From: Lepidodermella squamata | Lineage: Eukaryota > Animalia > Gastrotricha | Reading direction: 5' to 3' | Length of the DNA: 64,000 bases | NCBI GenBank assembly: GCA_047495785.1 | Contig: JBLDXI010000019.1 | Coordinates: forward strand, 1,798,001-1,862,000 | Shown: positions 51,001 through 62,784 of the stretch, one piece after another | Layout: each line of letters starts with the position of its first letter | How positions within the stretch are numbered: the first letter of the stretch is position 1 | Made by a program: the position numbers and the translations under genes | Notes under the pieces: generated by a model | What the model saw: the letters and a program-made list of their open reading frames with translations, nothing else | What the model was told of the DNA's origin: nothing | The model's database searches: none

Positions 51001-52883
51001 GTTGACGCTGGGCTTCGGATCCGAGTTGTCCCTTGTTGAGACTGTTCTAACGGCTTTCCAGGACGATTTGAATGAAGTGCTGAATACGAAGTGGCGCAGG
51101 ATTGCCTACCGTATGACTTTCTGCGTCTGCTGCTTCGCCATCGGTCTCGTCATGGTTACCAGGGTAATTTTCTTACTATGATATTACAGGCCAACCTTTT
51201 CCACTCAGCAGTAATTTGCTGAAAAAAATCGAACATTTTTGGCTGGTTTACCATTTATGAATGCTAAATAACTGAAGCAACCGAAAGCTGAAATAGCTAA
51301 AAATATTTGTCGATTTGTCGAATTCATTTTTTGCTGTAGCTTTTGGCTTAGTGAATGAAATCTGATTTATTTACTTATAAATTCTGAATTAAATTTTAGG
51401 ATGGCTATTTTTCTAAACTTTTGAACTTGTTCTAAAATTGCTTAGGTAGAAGATCCCAAAATTTATTTCGCAATTACCTATAAAGTTTGTAAAGCAGAAT
51501 ATCTTTTAGCCGTACCATGTCTTCCCGTTGCGGAACCTAATTTTGCCAAAGTTTGCTTGTCGAATGAATATACAAATGCATGAATTCTGCAATGTAATTG
51601 TTCGAAAGAAATTTAAATAATATTGAAGCAATCTTATTGTCGAAATTTTTAATTCCCCAAACAAAAATTTCGCCGGGTGATTTTGTCATTATTTCGAATT
51701 GGCTAAGTAACCGGGAAATTTAAAAAAATTCGCAGTTTTCAAAGGGCCCTCCTTTTACGGTGAGTGGTACCAAATTTGGAAATTTTCTAGTGGCCTGAAA
51801 TCAATATTCTGATATTTCTTGCGGGTCAAGATTGACCAAAATTTACTCAAAAAATCACATGTTCAGCGTAAAATTTTCTGTAGGAGAGCTCAATTCAGAA
51901 CTCAGTCTTTGCCTAAAATTCGTAGAATTATTCAACAACTAACTCTTGGCATATTTCGACTTTGGTTCCGCTCAACGTAAATTTGGTTTCTGTAACAAAT
52001 ATTCTAGTTTTCTGAGCTTATGAATTTTTTTAAATATTTTGTTATGCATTTTTCTATCAAATTTTTGGGACATTTTGCCAATTCCAACAAACGGCCAAAC
52101 CACCCGGTGAAATTTTCGTCAGCGCCTCTTATGGCTTGGACCTTGGAAAACTATGGTTAAACACTGTTTTCGAAGTACACGTTATACCAAAAATTATCCC
52201 CGCCCATTTCCCATTTATTTTGGTTCCTTCTAAGCTTGAAAATAATTTAATTAATTTTTTTAATTTCTTTATTTCATTGTATCGCCGCTTCAATTTCCTC
52301 AATTTTCGTGATTTTTTTAAACACTTTCATTTTACAGGGTGGCATATACGTGTTGGACCTCGTCGACGCGTACATCTCCTCGGTGGCGCTCATCATCGTG
52401 TGCCTGCTCGAGCTTGTCGCCCTCGCCTGGATCTACGGCTTCCCAAAGTTCGTCTTCTGCGACGACCTGGAGATGATGCTCAACCGCCAGCCGCCGCTCT
52501 TCTTCAAAATCATGTGGCGCTACGTGTCGCCGGTGTGCCTCCTCGCCCTCCTCATCGCCGCCATCGTCAAGTACGAAACGCCGATGATGAAAATCGCCGA
52601 CATTGAAGTGCCTCTGCCGGCTGGCGCCCAGGCTGTCGGCTGGGTGATTGCCATTTTCCCGCTTCTGCTCATTCCGGCCTGGATTTTGTACTACGTCAAA
52701 GTCCTCGGAACGTGCAGCGGCTTGAGCGATCACCTCGAGCCGATGATCAACTGGGGCCCGGCGCAGCCGTCGGACCGAACGGGCCGTTATGCCTACCAGC
52801 AACAGGCCCTCGAGCAGTTGAAGTTGCAGCAGGATTCGGCGACTCAGCGCATGATTTTCAGCGCGGGTGCGGAGGAGATCTAG
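48093..52883 (+). CDS. SLC6 sodium:neurotransmitter symporter, GlyT/ProT-like, copy 2
   Basis: Exons 48093-48324, 48386-48517, 48667-48952, 50413-51163, 52338-52883. Same SLC6 motifs as copy 1; GC donor at 48518. Confidence 0.93.
49389..49909. mobile_element. Degenerate ~520-bp fold-back element in SLC6 copy 2 intron 3
   Basis: Nested inverted matches: GGTCTTACTTTCAGCGGAACCAAATTT / AAATTTGGTTCCGCTAAAAGTAAGACC; CCTCAATTTCGTAGAAAT / ATTTCTACGAAATTGAGG; TTCCGCAA / TTGCGGAA. Confidence 0.75.
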
Positions 52884-53631
52884 AAATTAAACGCAAATGA
52901 TAGAAAAAATCAATAGATAAAACTGGTCTATAAATACTACTATTTTTTCGGAAATCTTTAACAAAAATATTGATAATAATAATTGAAGCTGAGTGAGAAA
53001 TAAATGAAAATTCTTTCAGGCATACCTGGATAGATGTACATTAACACTGCCTTATAAAAAGGTCCATGATGTTATATTTTGTTGGCCTTAATTTTGTGCT
53101 GTAGATCTGAATTATTATTTGTTAATAGCAATAAGATTTTCTCTTAGATTTTTCTCGCTCTTGCTCAAAACCTTTTTGAAAGGCAGGTGGCGTATGGTTG
53201 AAGGTGTGTACTAATATTCTCGTATTTTTCGGTGGGATATGGACGACGCGTGTGTGTGTATATAGAAAATAATATTTACCATGATGTCTATTATTCATTA
53301 AATGTGTTAAATTCTGTTGATATATTCATGACAGATTCTGTATTCCGAGTGATTGCCGTCCAAACTCGTGTTTATTGTGACCGATGCTTATTGGCTGATG
53401 ACTGGGAGAATAAAAGACAGATATAGTTAACCATGCATCTTTTTAGAATAAAAAATACCAAGGTGCAATAACTAAAGCGTAAATATACGTTGATTGGAGC
53501 AATACTTGATTTTTGATCAGGAGTTACGGAGTTCCGATTTCTCCTCGCCCGGACAGACTCAAGCTTTCGCCATAAGACGGAGCTTGTGAGAAAATTTGAG
53601 AAATGTTATAAGCAAGGGAACTCAAATGGGT

Positions 53632-53927
53632 GTGACTTTTTCATCCGACTAATTTCATCCAAAAATGCGACTTATACATTCGAAATGAAAATATCGATTT
53701 TCCCGAGTTCGATTTTTCCTTAGGGGCATACCCATTTTATGCACCCAATTTTGACCCCCTGAACTGGCAGGATTTTATGGTGAAAGAGTTGTATGGAGAT
53801 CCGAGAAGTCACTTTTTTACTGCAATTTTTTGAAAATATGAATAAGCAAATCGGCAGGTTTTAGTCACATATTTGGTTGCCGGATGAAATACCTAAGAGA
53901 TTGGTCGGATGAAAAAAGTTTTCCCCA
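53632..53927. mobile_element. ~300-bp MITE-like repeat, copy 2 (inverted relative to 41397-41690)
   Basis: Its reverse complement reads TGGGGAAAACTTTTTTCATCCGACCAAT...ATGTGACTAAAACCTGCCGA...CATATTTTCAAAAAATT, matching copy 1. Confidence 0.75.
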
Positions 53928-54738
53928 CTCAAATGTCGATTTGGGAAACCTTCTCATCTCCCAAACAAATCATCATTTTAGGAAAAACGTTGGTATGGGT
54001 ACAAGTAGGAGATCTCTCAGTTAACGAAGATAAATGTAGCTCTATCAATCGATTTTTTCGGGCATTTTTGAGCGATCGGGTAATTTTGGACTGTATATAA
54101 ATGCGACTTTGCAAAAATGTATTTTTCTCAATTTCTTCGGAAAACTGATTTTCCGAATTTGACCCAAAGCTCAGAAAAATCGAAACTTTAAAATGCCATT
54201 CCGTATGCAAATGAATTGCCAGAATTGCCAGGATTGCCTGCTAATTGTCCTGAATGTTTTCGATTGCCTAAGTTAGGTAAAAAAGTCATCAGATTTTACC
54301 AAAACAAATCGGAGCTCTGTACCGAAAATCATCACTTAGTGTGATCTTCATAATAAAAATCTTAAGGCGGATATTTTAAATTGATTATGAAAAACTGAAA
54401 AACGAGATAATTCGGCTAATTTCTCTGCTTGATTGTCCGCTTGCATTTTTCATGAAAAATGGGCTCTGTAAACAGCTTGGCCTTGATGGAATCCGTTTGC
54501 TTATTCATATTAGGCTTTATCTTCCTAATTGCCAAGATTTCTAAGATCAGGCAATCCCATTTGTTTCGTCCTTTCATTAGCACTTTGAAGTTCTTGTCGA
54601 TCTCCTCTTTCGCAACGAGTCGTGTACCATTTTAAATGTGATCGGTGTGAATGCGGTGCAGTCTTTTGACCTTGAAAGCTTGCAGCTTGAATTTATTTCT
54701 GGTTAGTATTTCTTTAGTGTTTTATCATTTTTTACCCA

Positions 54739-55140
54739 ACAAGTGCGGCAACGCAGAACTCACACTCGATAATTTTGCGCGTTCAAATGTCGCCTCGCCT
54801 TTTTCCAAGTCGTAGTCGAATATATGTTTAGCTCTATTAATATTATTCAATCATCTTTTCTCTGAGTGCGAACAGTAGAGTTATCTAACTTAAACATATT
54901 ACTCATTGCTAACGCTTGAAGCTGATTGAACGCTGCGCAGCCAACTGACCCAAATAACTGACAGCTTGAATCTATTTCTGGTGGTTTCTTAGTGACATCG
55001 ACAAGCGAAACAGCGCAGAACTCACACTCGATACTTTAGCGCGAGATTCGCGGCACGTTCCAATCTTTCCTCGCCGTTTTCCAAGTCGTAGTCAATGTGT
55101 TTTTAGCTTCATCAATATTCAATCTTTATTTCTCTGGTAC
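54739..55140. repeat. Imperfect ~135-bp direct repeat upstream of lectin copy C
   Basis: 54739-54870 and 55001-55140 share CGCAGAACTCACACTCGATA, TTTTCCAAGTCGTAGTC and TATTCAATC blocks in the same order. Confidence 0.75.
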
Positions 55141-55244
55141 GTATTGAACTGACGACCTTGATGTCGTCAACGCGCAGAATAAGCTCAAGTAGCTCTTTCC
55201 TACAGCCTGGTGACAATAAGCGTTTTAAAGGAAATAAAAGAAAA

Positions 55245-58200
55245 ATGCTTTTTATTGTCGCATTGATTTTCGCTTTACTGCCGACAATTGAAGGCGGAAC
55301 ATTTTTCAGAAGGTACCCGGGAAATAAACTAGTGGCGGTGGCCAATAGCGGGCTCAGTAACCTGAACAGCTTCATCATATCAGGTATCACTACAGCGAAC
55401 GAAGAGTCGATTTGTACGTCATTATGCGGAGCTGATCGTCGATGCCAGGCGATCCAGTTTCAGAAATCGACCAAAGCCTGCAATCTCTTCAATATATCTC
55501 ACGAAGGATCAAGTACAGCCGGGCTTTCAGAAGACCCAGACTTCATTGTGTCCACTGTCACGCTACAAAGCAAGGTTGCAAGATCAAACCAATGTTTAAC
55601 ATCGACCTGCAGCAATGCCTGGTATTTTGATGCTATCAAGCAAATGGCAGGAAAACCAACCTGCCTTAATGCTGCTGATGCTCTATCGTTCACCAATCCA
55701 ATCGAAACCTTAGACTACGACACATCTTACCTAAGCGATCTAGCGTACAGCTCGAGCTCATCAACTTGGAACACGGCCATCAATCAGCCATCCGATGCCC
55801 CAGCTTTCGGTCGAATAACTGGAGGCCATCTTTCTCGAGCATGCTTAGCCTCTGGTTCTGCAGTTGGTAGCTGGTTCAAAGTCGATTTTCAACGCTACGT
55901 ATGGCTGACTCAGCTTTGGTACAAGTGCACGGACAGCTCTTGCATCCCGCAATTTTCAATGGATTCAAGCCTAGACGATGTTTACTACAGACCGATAACC
56001 CAAGGCCGTGGCCAGAAGCTGGTAAGGATTCGATGCATGGCTGAATGCTACCAATCGTTGATTTTTTGTTTCAGTTAATCAACGGCTTGCCAGGTTCAAC
56101 AGTTTCCTATCAACGGTTCGCGCCTGTTCTAACTCGATATATTCGCATATCAGCCACTATCGCGAATGGGACATTGTACTGCGCGAATTTTAGATTCGAT
56201 GGATGCCCGGCTACTTGCATGGAACCACTTGGTATAGAGAGTGGTGATATAGCAAAAAGCCAGTTGACAACTCCGAGTACGACATCAACCTCGTTCTTCT
56301 TCCGCCTGAACTGGGGCATGGCTGGTACGAATAATCCGTCGAATCTCATCGTCGACCTTCGCAGGCAAACGATAGTCAACGCAATTGAAGTCCAAGGCTG
56401 CAAAAACATGTCGGCCTGGGCGACGTCGTTCTATTTGCAATACAAAGCGAATGACAAGGATAGCTGGGTCGATATCGTTGACAGCATTGGATCGAGAATC
56501 TTTGCCGGGAACTCCAACCCTAATACTGTTGTGGTCTTAAATTTTCCAAAGCCACTGACCGGCCAGTTCTTCAACATAATTCCTGTTCAATTTTCTGGTG
56601 TAGTTTGTTACCGTGTGGAATTACTCGGCTGCAGAAGTAAGTAAATAAAAGCTTGCAATTTCGAAGTATAATGAATGTGTTCCAGATCCACCAAACTACT
56701 TGAAAAATGTTGCCCTCAATGCGAATGTAACAACCCCAGCGTATGACATCAATCCTTTTTCGAAGCTATCTGATCCGTCGGTTATAACTAAACCGAGGAT
56801 AATTCGGCGGCAACAGATTCAAAATTGCACTCGAATAATTCCAAGTGCAATGGGCGGTCGACCGTACGTTACCATCGATTTGGGATCGACTATGACGATG
56901 ACCTCTGTCGAGATCGCGACGCCAACTTTACCAGCACTAGTTACTCTGAATCCCGATGGCTTATGGCTGTTCGATATTCTAAGAGGCGGCGACGATTTGT
57001 CTATAAATGCCAATCACGCTATATTTTCTCCCCAACTTCGTTATGGGCCTGGCATCGATGGCAGAGCTTTAGGATCTCTTCAGTGGAGTGGTCTCGAAAG
57101 ATTCGTACTGGTTCGAACTAACAACATCAGCGCACTGGACATTGGCAATGGATGGACCTTTGCGATGTGGGTGTTTTATGGAAACGCATCCGGCGATGTT
57201 TTCCTCATGAGAAACATGTTTAACAATAAGTAAGTTTTAATTGTTGATACTTAGGCATAATTTAAATCGCGGTACGTTTGCAGTCAATTGAGGCTTAATA
57301 TCAAAATTCTTGCGAGCAATGGAGCTATCAAAGTGGATTATGCATCAAATTCTACAACCTCATGGGCCTGGCCTGTGAATAATGTTATCGTGCCTGTTAA
57401 TCGATGGTTCTTCTTCGTGTTGTCATTCGACTGCTCGACTGGCATAGCTAGAATCTTCATAGACAACTACGATCGAGGGATCGCTCAAGTGGGGTGTAAC
57501 GCTGACAGCTTCAGATTGTCGCAGTATTTCATGATCCATGGACCGTGGAATGGGCGGATTGCATGCATGCAGTTCTATCAACGTGGCCTCGACCATTCTG
57601 AAATCGAGCAAGCTAGCACATGCCCATGGCTGAGTGAGTTATTATCGCAACCTTACATCAGTAATTTCTCTAAATATTCCTCTTAGCCCCACCTCCTGTC
57701 GCTATATTCCCCTTGAATTGTTCCGTTGAAGACCTTACCGGCCTCGGGGCTAGCTTTTCAGTAAATGGCAATCCACAGTGCTCGAAACTGTACGGTTTCA
57801 GTGCCAGGTAATTTGAAAAATATGGGAAAAAGATTGTTTATCGACCGCAATTACAGTGCCTGGAGCTTCCCAGCATCTACTGATTTTCTTAGCATGCCCA
57901 TCACTACTACACCGGCTAATGTGATGAACCTCCAGTACGCTTTCACAGTAACCTTACAAGTCATGCCTACAACTATGGCGAACGGCACCTTCATGGGCTG
58001 GTTCTATGATGAAACAAATGCCACGGTTTACCTTGGAGTGCAAAACGGTTATTTGGTCGCAGGGTTCCGCTGCAAGAACGGAGTGGGCGGAGGAAATTTC
58101 AACGTGACATCAAATCGTCTTTTGATGCTGAACAGCTGGTCCTTTGTCACGCTGATGTACCACCCGAACAAGAACCCTGTTTTTCAGATCTTTCAAGAGG

Positions 58201-60922
58201 CAGAACAAGTAGCATATATCTCTGGGATCGCCTGCTTGAGCGGCCTAGAAACATCGACAAACACCTTTAGAATAGGACGAGTGCCGGGTATTAACGTGGC
58301 CTGTTTGCTGGTATTTCGGAACTCAATAATATTCGCTCGAAAACAGCTGTATTCACTTAAAAGATGTCCAATCACGTCAACTCCTGATATGATATCTGTT
58401 TTCAACAGCCCACTGGACTACTCTTTCGGACGAATTGCACTTGAAGATGCGGCAAATCCTATAAAAGCTGGAACCTCGTTTGTTGCTGGGCTAAAGTTTC
58501 CTTCAGCGTTTCCTTACACAACAGATGAAACGATGAGCTTCGGTGCCTACCCTGCAAATTCCAACAACTTCTACTATTCCGACCAGGCGAACATGCTCTT
58601 CGGCTTGGGAGTTGGCAACGCAACTTCTTACACAGCTGCTGTATTTTATTACAGTAGAGAAACGACGAGTGGCGTATATATCCCTGTCATGAATGTAGCC
58701 GAAACGGGAACTAATTACGCGAAATATACTATCACCCTACAAACACCAAATACGATCAAATACGAAGCTTGCATGTCTGTTGGCGGTACGGGAACTTGGT
58801 ATCGGCCTAATGCCGTGAATATTTCTTCACCCTCTACAACCTGGCAGCATCACTTGATGACTTTCGATTTGACACCAGGAACCATGAAATACGAGAACTA
58901 CCTTGATGGTTCTATGATGGTATCAGTTCCTTTGCCGGATTCGAAGCCACTTTCGACAACCCGGTTATATCTCGGACGAGATGTCTACTATAATTATCGG
59001 GCTAATGGGGACTACGCTTGCTTGTCAGTTTTTCAGGGATATTTGAATCAATACTTGGCTGCTGATGTCTCAACTCAATGTCCTGGCCCAACAATGCGTG
59101 AGTATTCGTATAAACCAAAGCCTAGTTATTGATGGTGACAGTTTTTGTAGTGCAAGGTCATGTTTGCGAAACTGATCTTACTTCGAAAAGTAATGCATTC
59201 TCGACGTCTCAGAGTCAACTGTACAAATCGGCAGCGAATGTAACGTACAATCAATATCGTTTAAACAACAAATGGGTTGGTGATCCCAACACCGTTGGTT
59301 CGATTCCTTGTTGTTGGCAGTTTCTCACCAACAATGCCAATCAATACATGCTGTTTGATTACGGCGAATATGTATCCGTTTCTTCGATCGGAACGCAAGG
59401 GGACTACTCAACAGGGAATTACATCTCGAGCTACCAGATCATGAGTTGGATTAATTCGGGCAGATCGGTATGGATTACCATTCCAGGCACAACTACAGTG
59501 AAGGTTTTTGGCTTTGTTGATTGGGCGAGTGGAAAATCAATGTTCTCGTTTTCATTCGCAGACATTCACTGCTAACTTTGACGCAGATACAATAGTGTGG
59601 AATTTCTTTCGACCGCACTTGAGCACTAGATGCCTACGGTTGTATCCAATAACTTACTACGGTGGCATGACATGGAGGGTAATGGTTCGTGGATGTCCAG
59701 GTTAATTAACGCTTTTGCTAGTTCCTTTGAAATTGTTAAAAAGTTTGTCTGACGGCTAGATTTTTCGTGCAAAGGAGAACTCAATGATTTTTCGGCAGGT
59801 TTCTCATCAAACACAGCACCTAGTAAGTACTTATTAAGAACGTGTATTCATTATCCTGAATTTTCCAATTTCACAGACTCGAGACCAGATATACACAGCG
59901 GTTATGATTGGATACCTTCTAGTACCGACAGCGAGCCATTCTATGACATAAAGTTCACCATGTTGAGAATAATCACGGTCATTCTTGTTCAGTGTGGAAC
60001 AAGCAAAACTGCGTGGATAACAAAATATCACGTGCTGACTTCTCTGGACGGGAATATTTGGACGCCTTACACTTATCCAAATAACGGATCTCGCCTGCGA
60101 ATTTTAGATGGTCCTAATGCCGCTATCAATCCTAATCCTATGACCAGTTACTTGAAGCCGCCAATATTGGCTACGGCTCTTAGGATCTATGTGGATGAAT
60201 TTGTTACAGCGCCTATTGCCAGATTCGGCTTAAGAAGCTGTCTTTACAGCGACTATACATTCGCCGGCGAATCTATGAATATTCGAGTTGGGACCACTCC
60301 ACCCGCAAGCGCGACTGCAGCCGACTCGCAACAGGCTTGCGGGCATCCTACCAATCGAATAACGATGCCATACAACGTGCGTTACTCGATCCCCTGCATA
60401 AAACCGGTCACCGGGCGTTATGTGACGATAGTAACTGCCACAATCGACAGTTCGATGGAAATTTGCCAGGTTTCAGCTTACAACGACAATGCGACTGATT
60501 TTGCAGAGTACAAAACGGTCACAACTAACAACTCGGCTGTGACAGCGGCAAATTTGCTGGCTATGACCACTCCTGGGTCGGCAACAGCAATGGTAACGCT
60601 GACTTCGGGCTGGCTACAAGTTGATCTTGGCAGAGCTATTTCAGTGTCCAAAATTGTCACTGTCACAACATCCGTTGGCAGTTGGCCTACGAACACTTGG
60701 CCGATGACGATGAGATTAACATTCCGCGTCGGCAACACTCCTGGACCTGCAATAACTCAAAACGATATTTGTGACGTTTGGACTGGTGGTTTGAGGGCAC
60801 CGAACATAGTTCCAGGGCAATCAATCACTGGCCACTGCACGCCGCCGTTACTTGGACGCTACGCCAGCGTGGAAAAAGATGGCAACGGCCAAATGCAATT
60901 CACTCGCATTATGGTTTATTGA
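55245..60922 (+). CDS. Secreted multidomain lectin-like protein, copy C (complete, ~1731 aa)
   Basis: Exons 55245-56021, 56075-56636, 56686-57229, 57284-57633, 57687-57807, 57857-59097, 59151-59503, 59562-59700, 59760-59822, 59877-60922 (5196 nt, in frame). Signal peptide, PAN, F5/8C x2, half F-lectin, LamG x3, F5/8C x2, half F-lectin, F-lectin; no TM or GPI tail. Confidence 0.87.
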
Positions 60923-61239
60923 AAGCAAGCTTGGAACCTGGATATACTTATCAGCAAACTGAATTCCCTAGAGTAGAAGAATTATATATCTGACTTGGAT
61001 TTTCCATGAGAATCATGTTGAACATGATGTATGCATTTTTCTTAATTCAATCATTATAAATCATTGTTGACGTTGCAAAAATGTTTCAATATTTCTATCG
61101 TGTAAGGTGGAGGGTGGACATAATTTTACTATTTGCCTGTAGGGTGTAGGGCAAATTATCATTAAAACTGATATCTCTTCATTTTTCGAAATAAAATAAA
61201 TATCACCACTGGTACTTCATTTCAAGTATTCGGCGAGAA

Positions 61240-61432
61240 TTATCCGCCTTTCAGAAACATGTTTTGCAAGCTGATGACAGGTGACTCGAACGCTACTGAC
61301 AAAACAACGGCAACCAAACTGGAGAGCATCACAACTGAACAGTAGATATAGGCCTGAGTGACATCGGTTGAATGAAACGGTCGCCGACTTGTTTGGGCGT
61401 AGAATACTATCACCAACTCCAATGTGACAAAC
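61240..61432 (-). pseudogene. Possible remnant of an acyltransferase-3/NRF-6-like C-terminal exon
   Basis: LVIVFYAQTSRRPFHST...SVVMLSSLVAVVLSVAFESPVISLQNMFL recalls the NRF-6-like last helices ending in E-S-P. No convincing upstream exons were found. Confidence 0.3.
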
Positions 61433-62784
61433 CTGTGGTCGAACCCATTCTGCCTCTTGAAGAAGCGCCGCCAAAAACGCCAATGGTTGCATTTTTTCAA
61501 GGTTTTTGCGCTTTCAGGTCGCTATCAGGTCGCCTAGCGGTAGAAAACCCACGGTTACACAGGCATTTTTATCAATTTCTGGATACGTTCGACTGTTCTC
61601 TACCAGGTAAACCGAAAATTTCATGGAAACATCCACAAAAAGCTCAGTATATTTGTTGGTCAATTGTCCAGTGCATTCATTTTTTTCACAAAATTGCGAG
61701 CCAAGTATATTTTATAGTATTATGCGCGCGCGTAGTACTGTTTATAGTGCGCAGAACTCCGTATACGCGCTAGTAGCCCTGCATGCTTTTATGTATGTCG
61801 CAGAGTTTTTTGAGCGTGTATGGGATCGGTCTGTTATAGCGTAAAACCATCGATATTCAGTTAAATTAAAAGCATAGAGAAAGTAGTGATCTATGATTGA
61901 AAGTCGTTTTGTACATTCATCTAAGATCTATAAGAATAAGGCATTAAGGATTATTCCTTAACGGTGTCGAGGGCGGAAACGAGATTTCGGCCTGCTGAAA
62001 ATGCTTGAGGGCGTCCGAAGCGAAGCCCGACGGTATTTTCAAGGGCGGAAATCGAGTAATGCCTGACGACTACGGCGAAGACGTCGACAATCAATCTCCT
62101 CCGTCCTCGTCATCATCGAGTAGCTCACAAGCTCGAGCCAACAGCCAGTCAAATCCGGTTCTTGTCAACGGGCCAAATTCGTCTATATTCGTAATCGGCG
62201 GGCCAGCTTCTAGGAAGACAGTAAGTACCGACAAGAGTAAGCAGCAGGCTGTTCTAGCTGGAGGCGCATTTGGCGCAGCTGTAGCAGGCAGCGGCAGCTC
62301 GTTCAAAGTCCCAACGCAGCCACGGCGCCACACTACAACCCAAAGCGAAGACGACACTTGAAGTTCATAATGTAATGAATGTTTTACTTTTCCCGTGAGG
62401 ATTCATCACTCTTTGACTTTTCGGGAATGTCCGACGAGCCATTGGAATAGTTATAGTTGCAGTACAGGTACCTATATTGTGCGCGGCGAAGGAAATAAAA
62501 ATAATTGAAGCGTCTTAATTATCATTAGTTTTCATTACGCTCGAATATTCTGCTTTCTAACCATGTCTGCGCCACATACATTTCGTGGCTTCAAGGCAAA
62601 ATTCGCGGGCTAATCATCGTCTGGTTAGGTAATTTTTTCAGCTCGTCCGCTCGAAGTTTTACAGGCTTTTCAGCACGAACACGCCCCTCACTTGTTATTG
62701 CTTATAGATGCGCTTACGGCGTACGTCTGTAATTAAAAATAGGCGATCTAAGACAGATTCGACACTTTTCATTCCAAAGCAGTC

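Noticed and set aside
52332-52802. 156-aa antisense ORF and other overlapping ORFs in SLC6 exons
   Set aside because: Explained by high GC at third codon positions.
62005-62361. 118-aa Ser-rich ORF and its antisense ORF
   Set aside because: Low complexity, no recognisable domain or supported gene structure; left unassigned.
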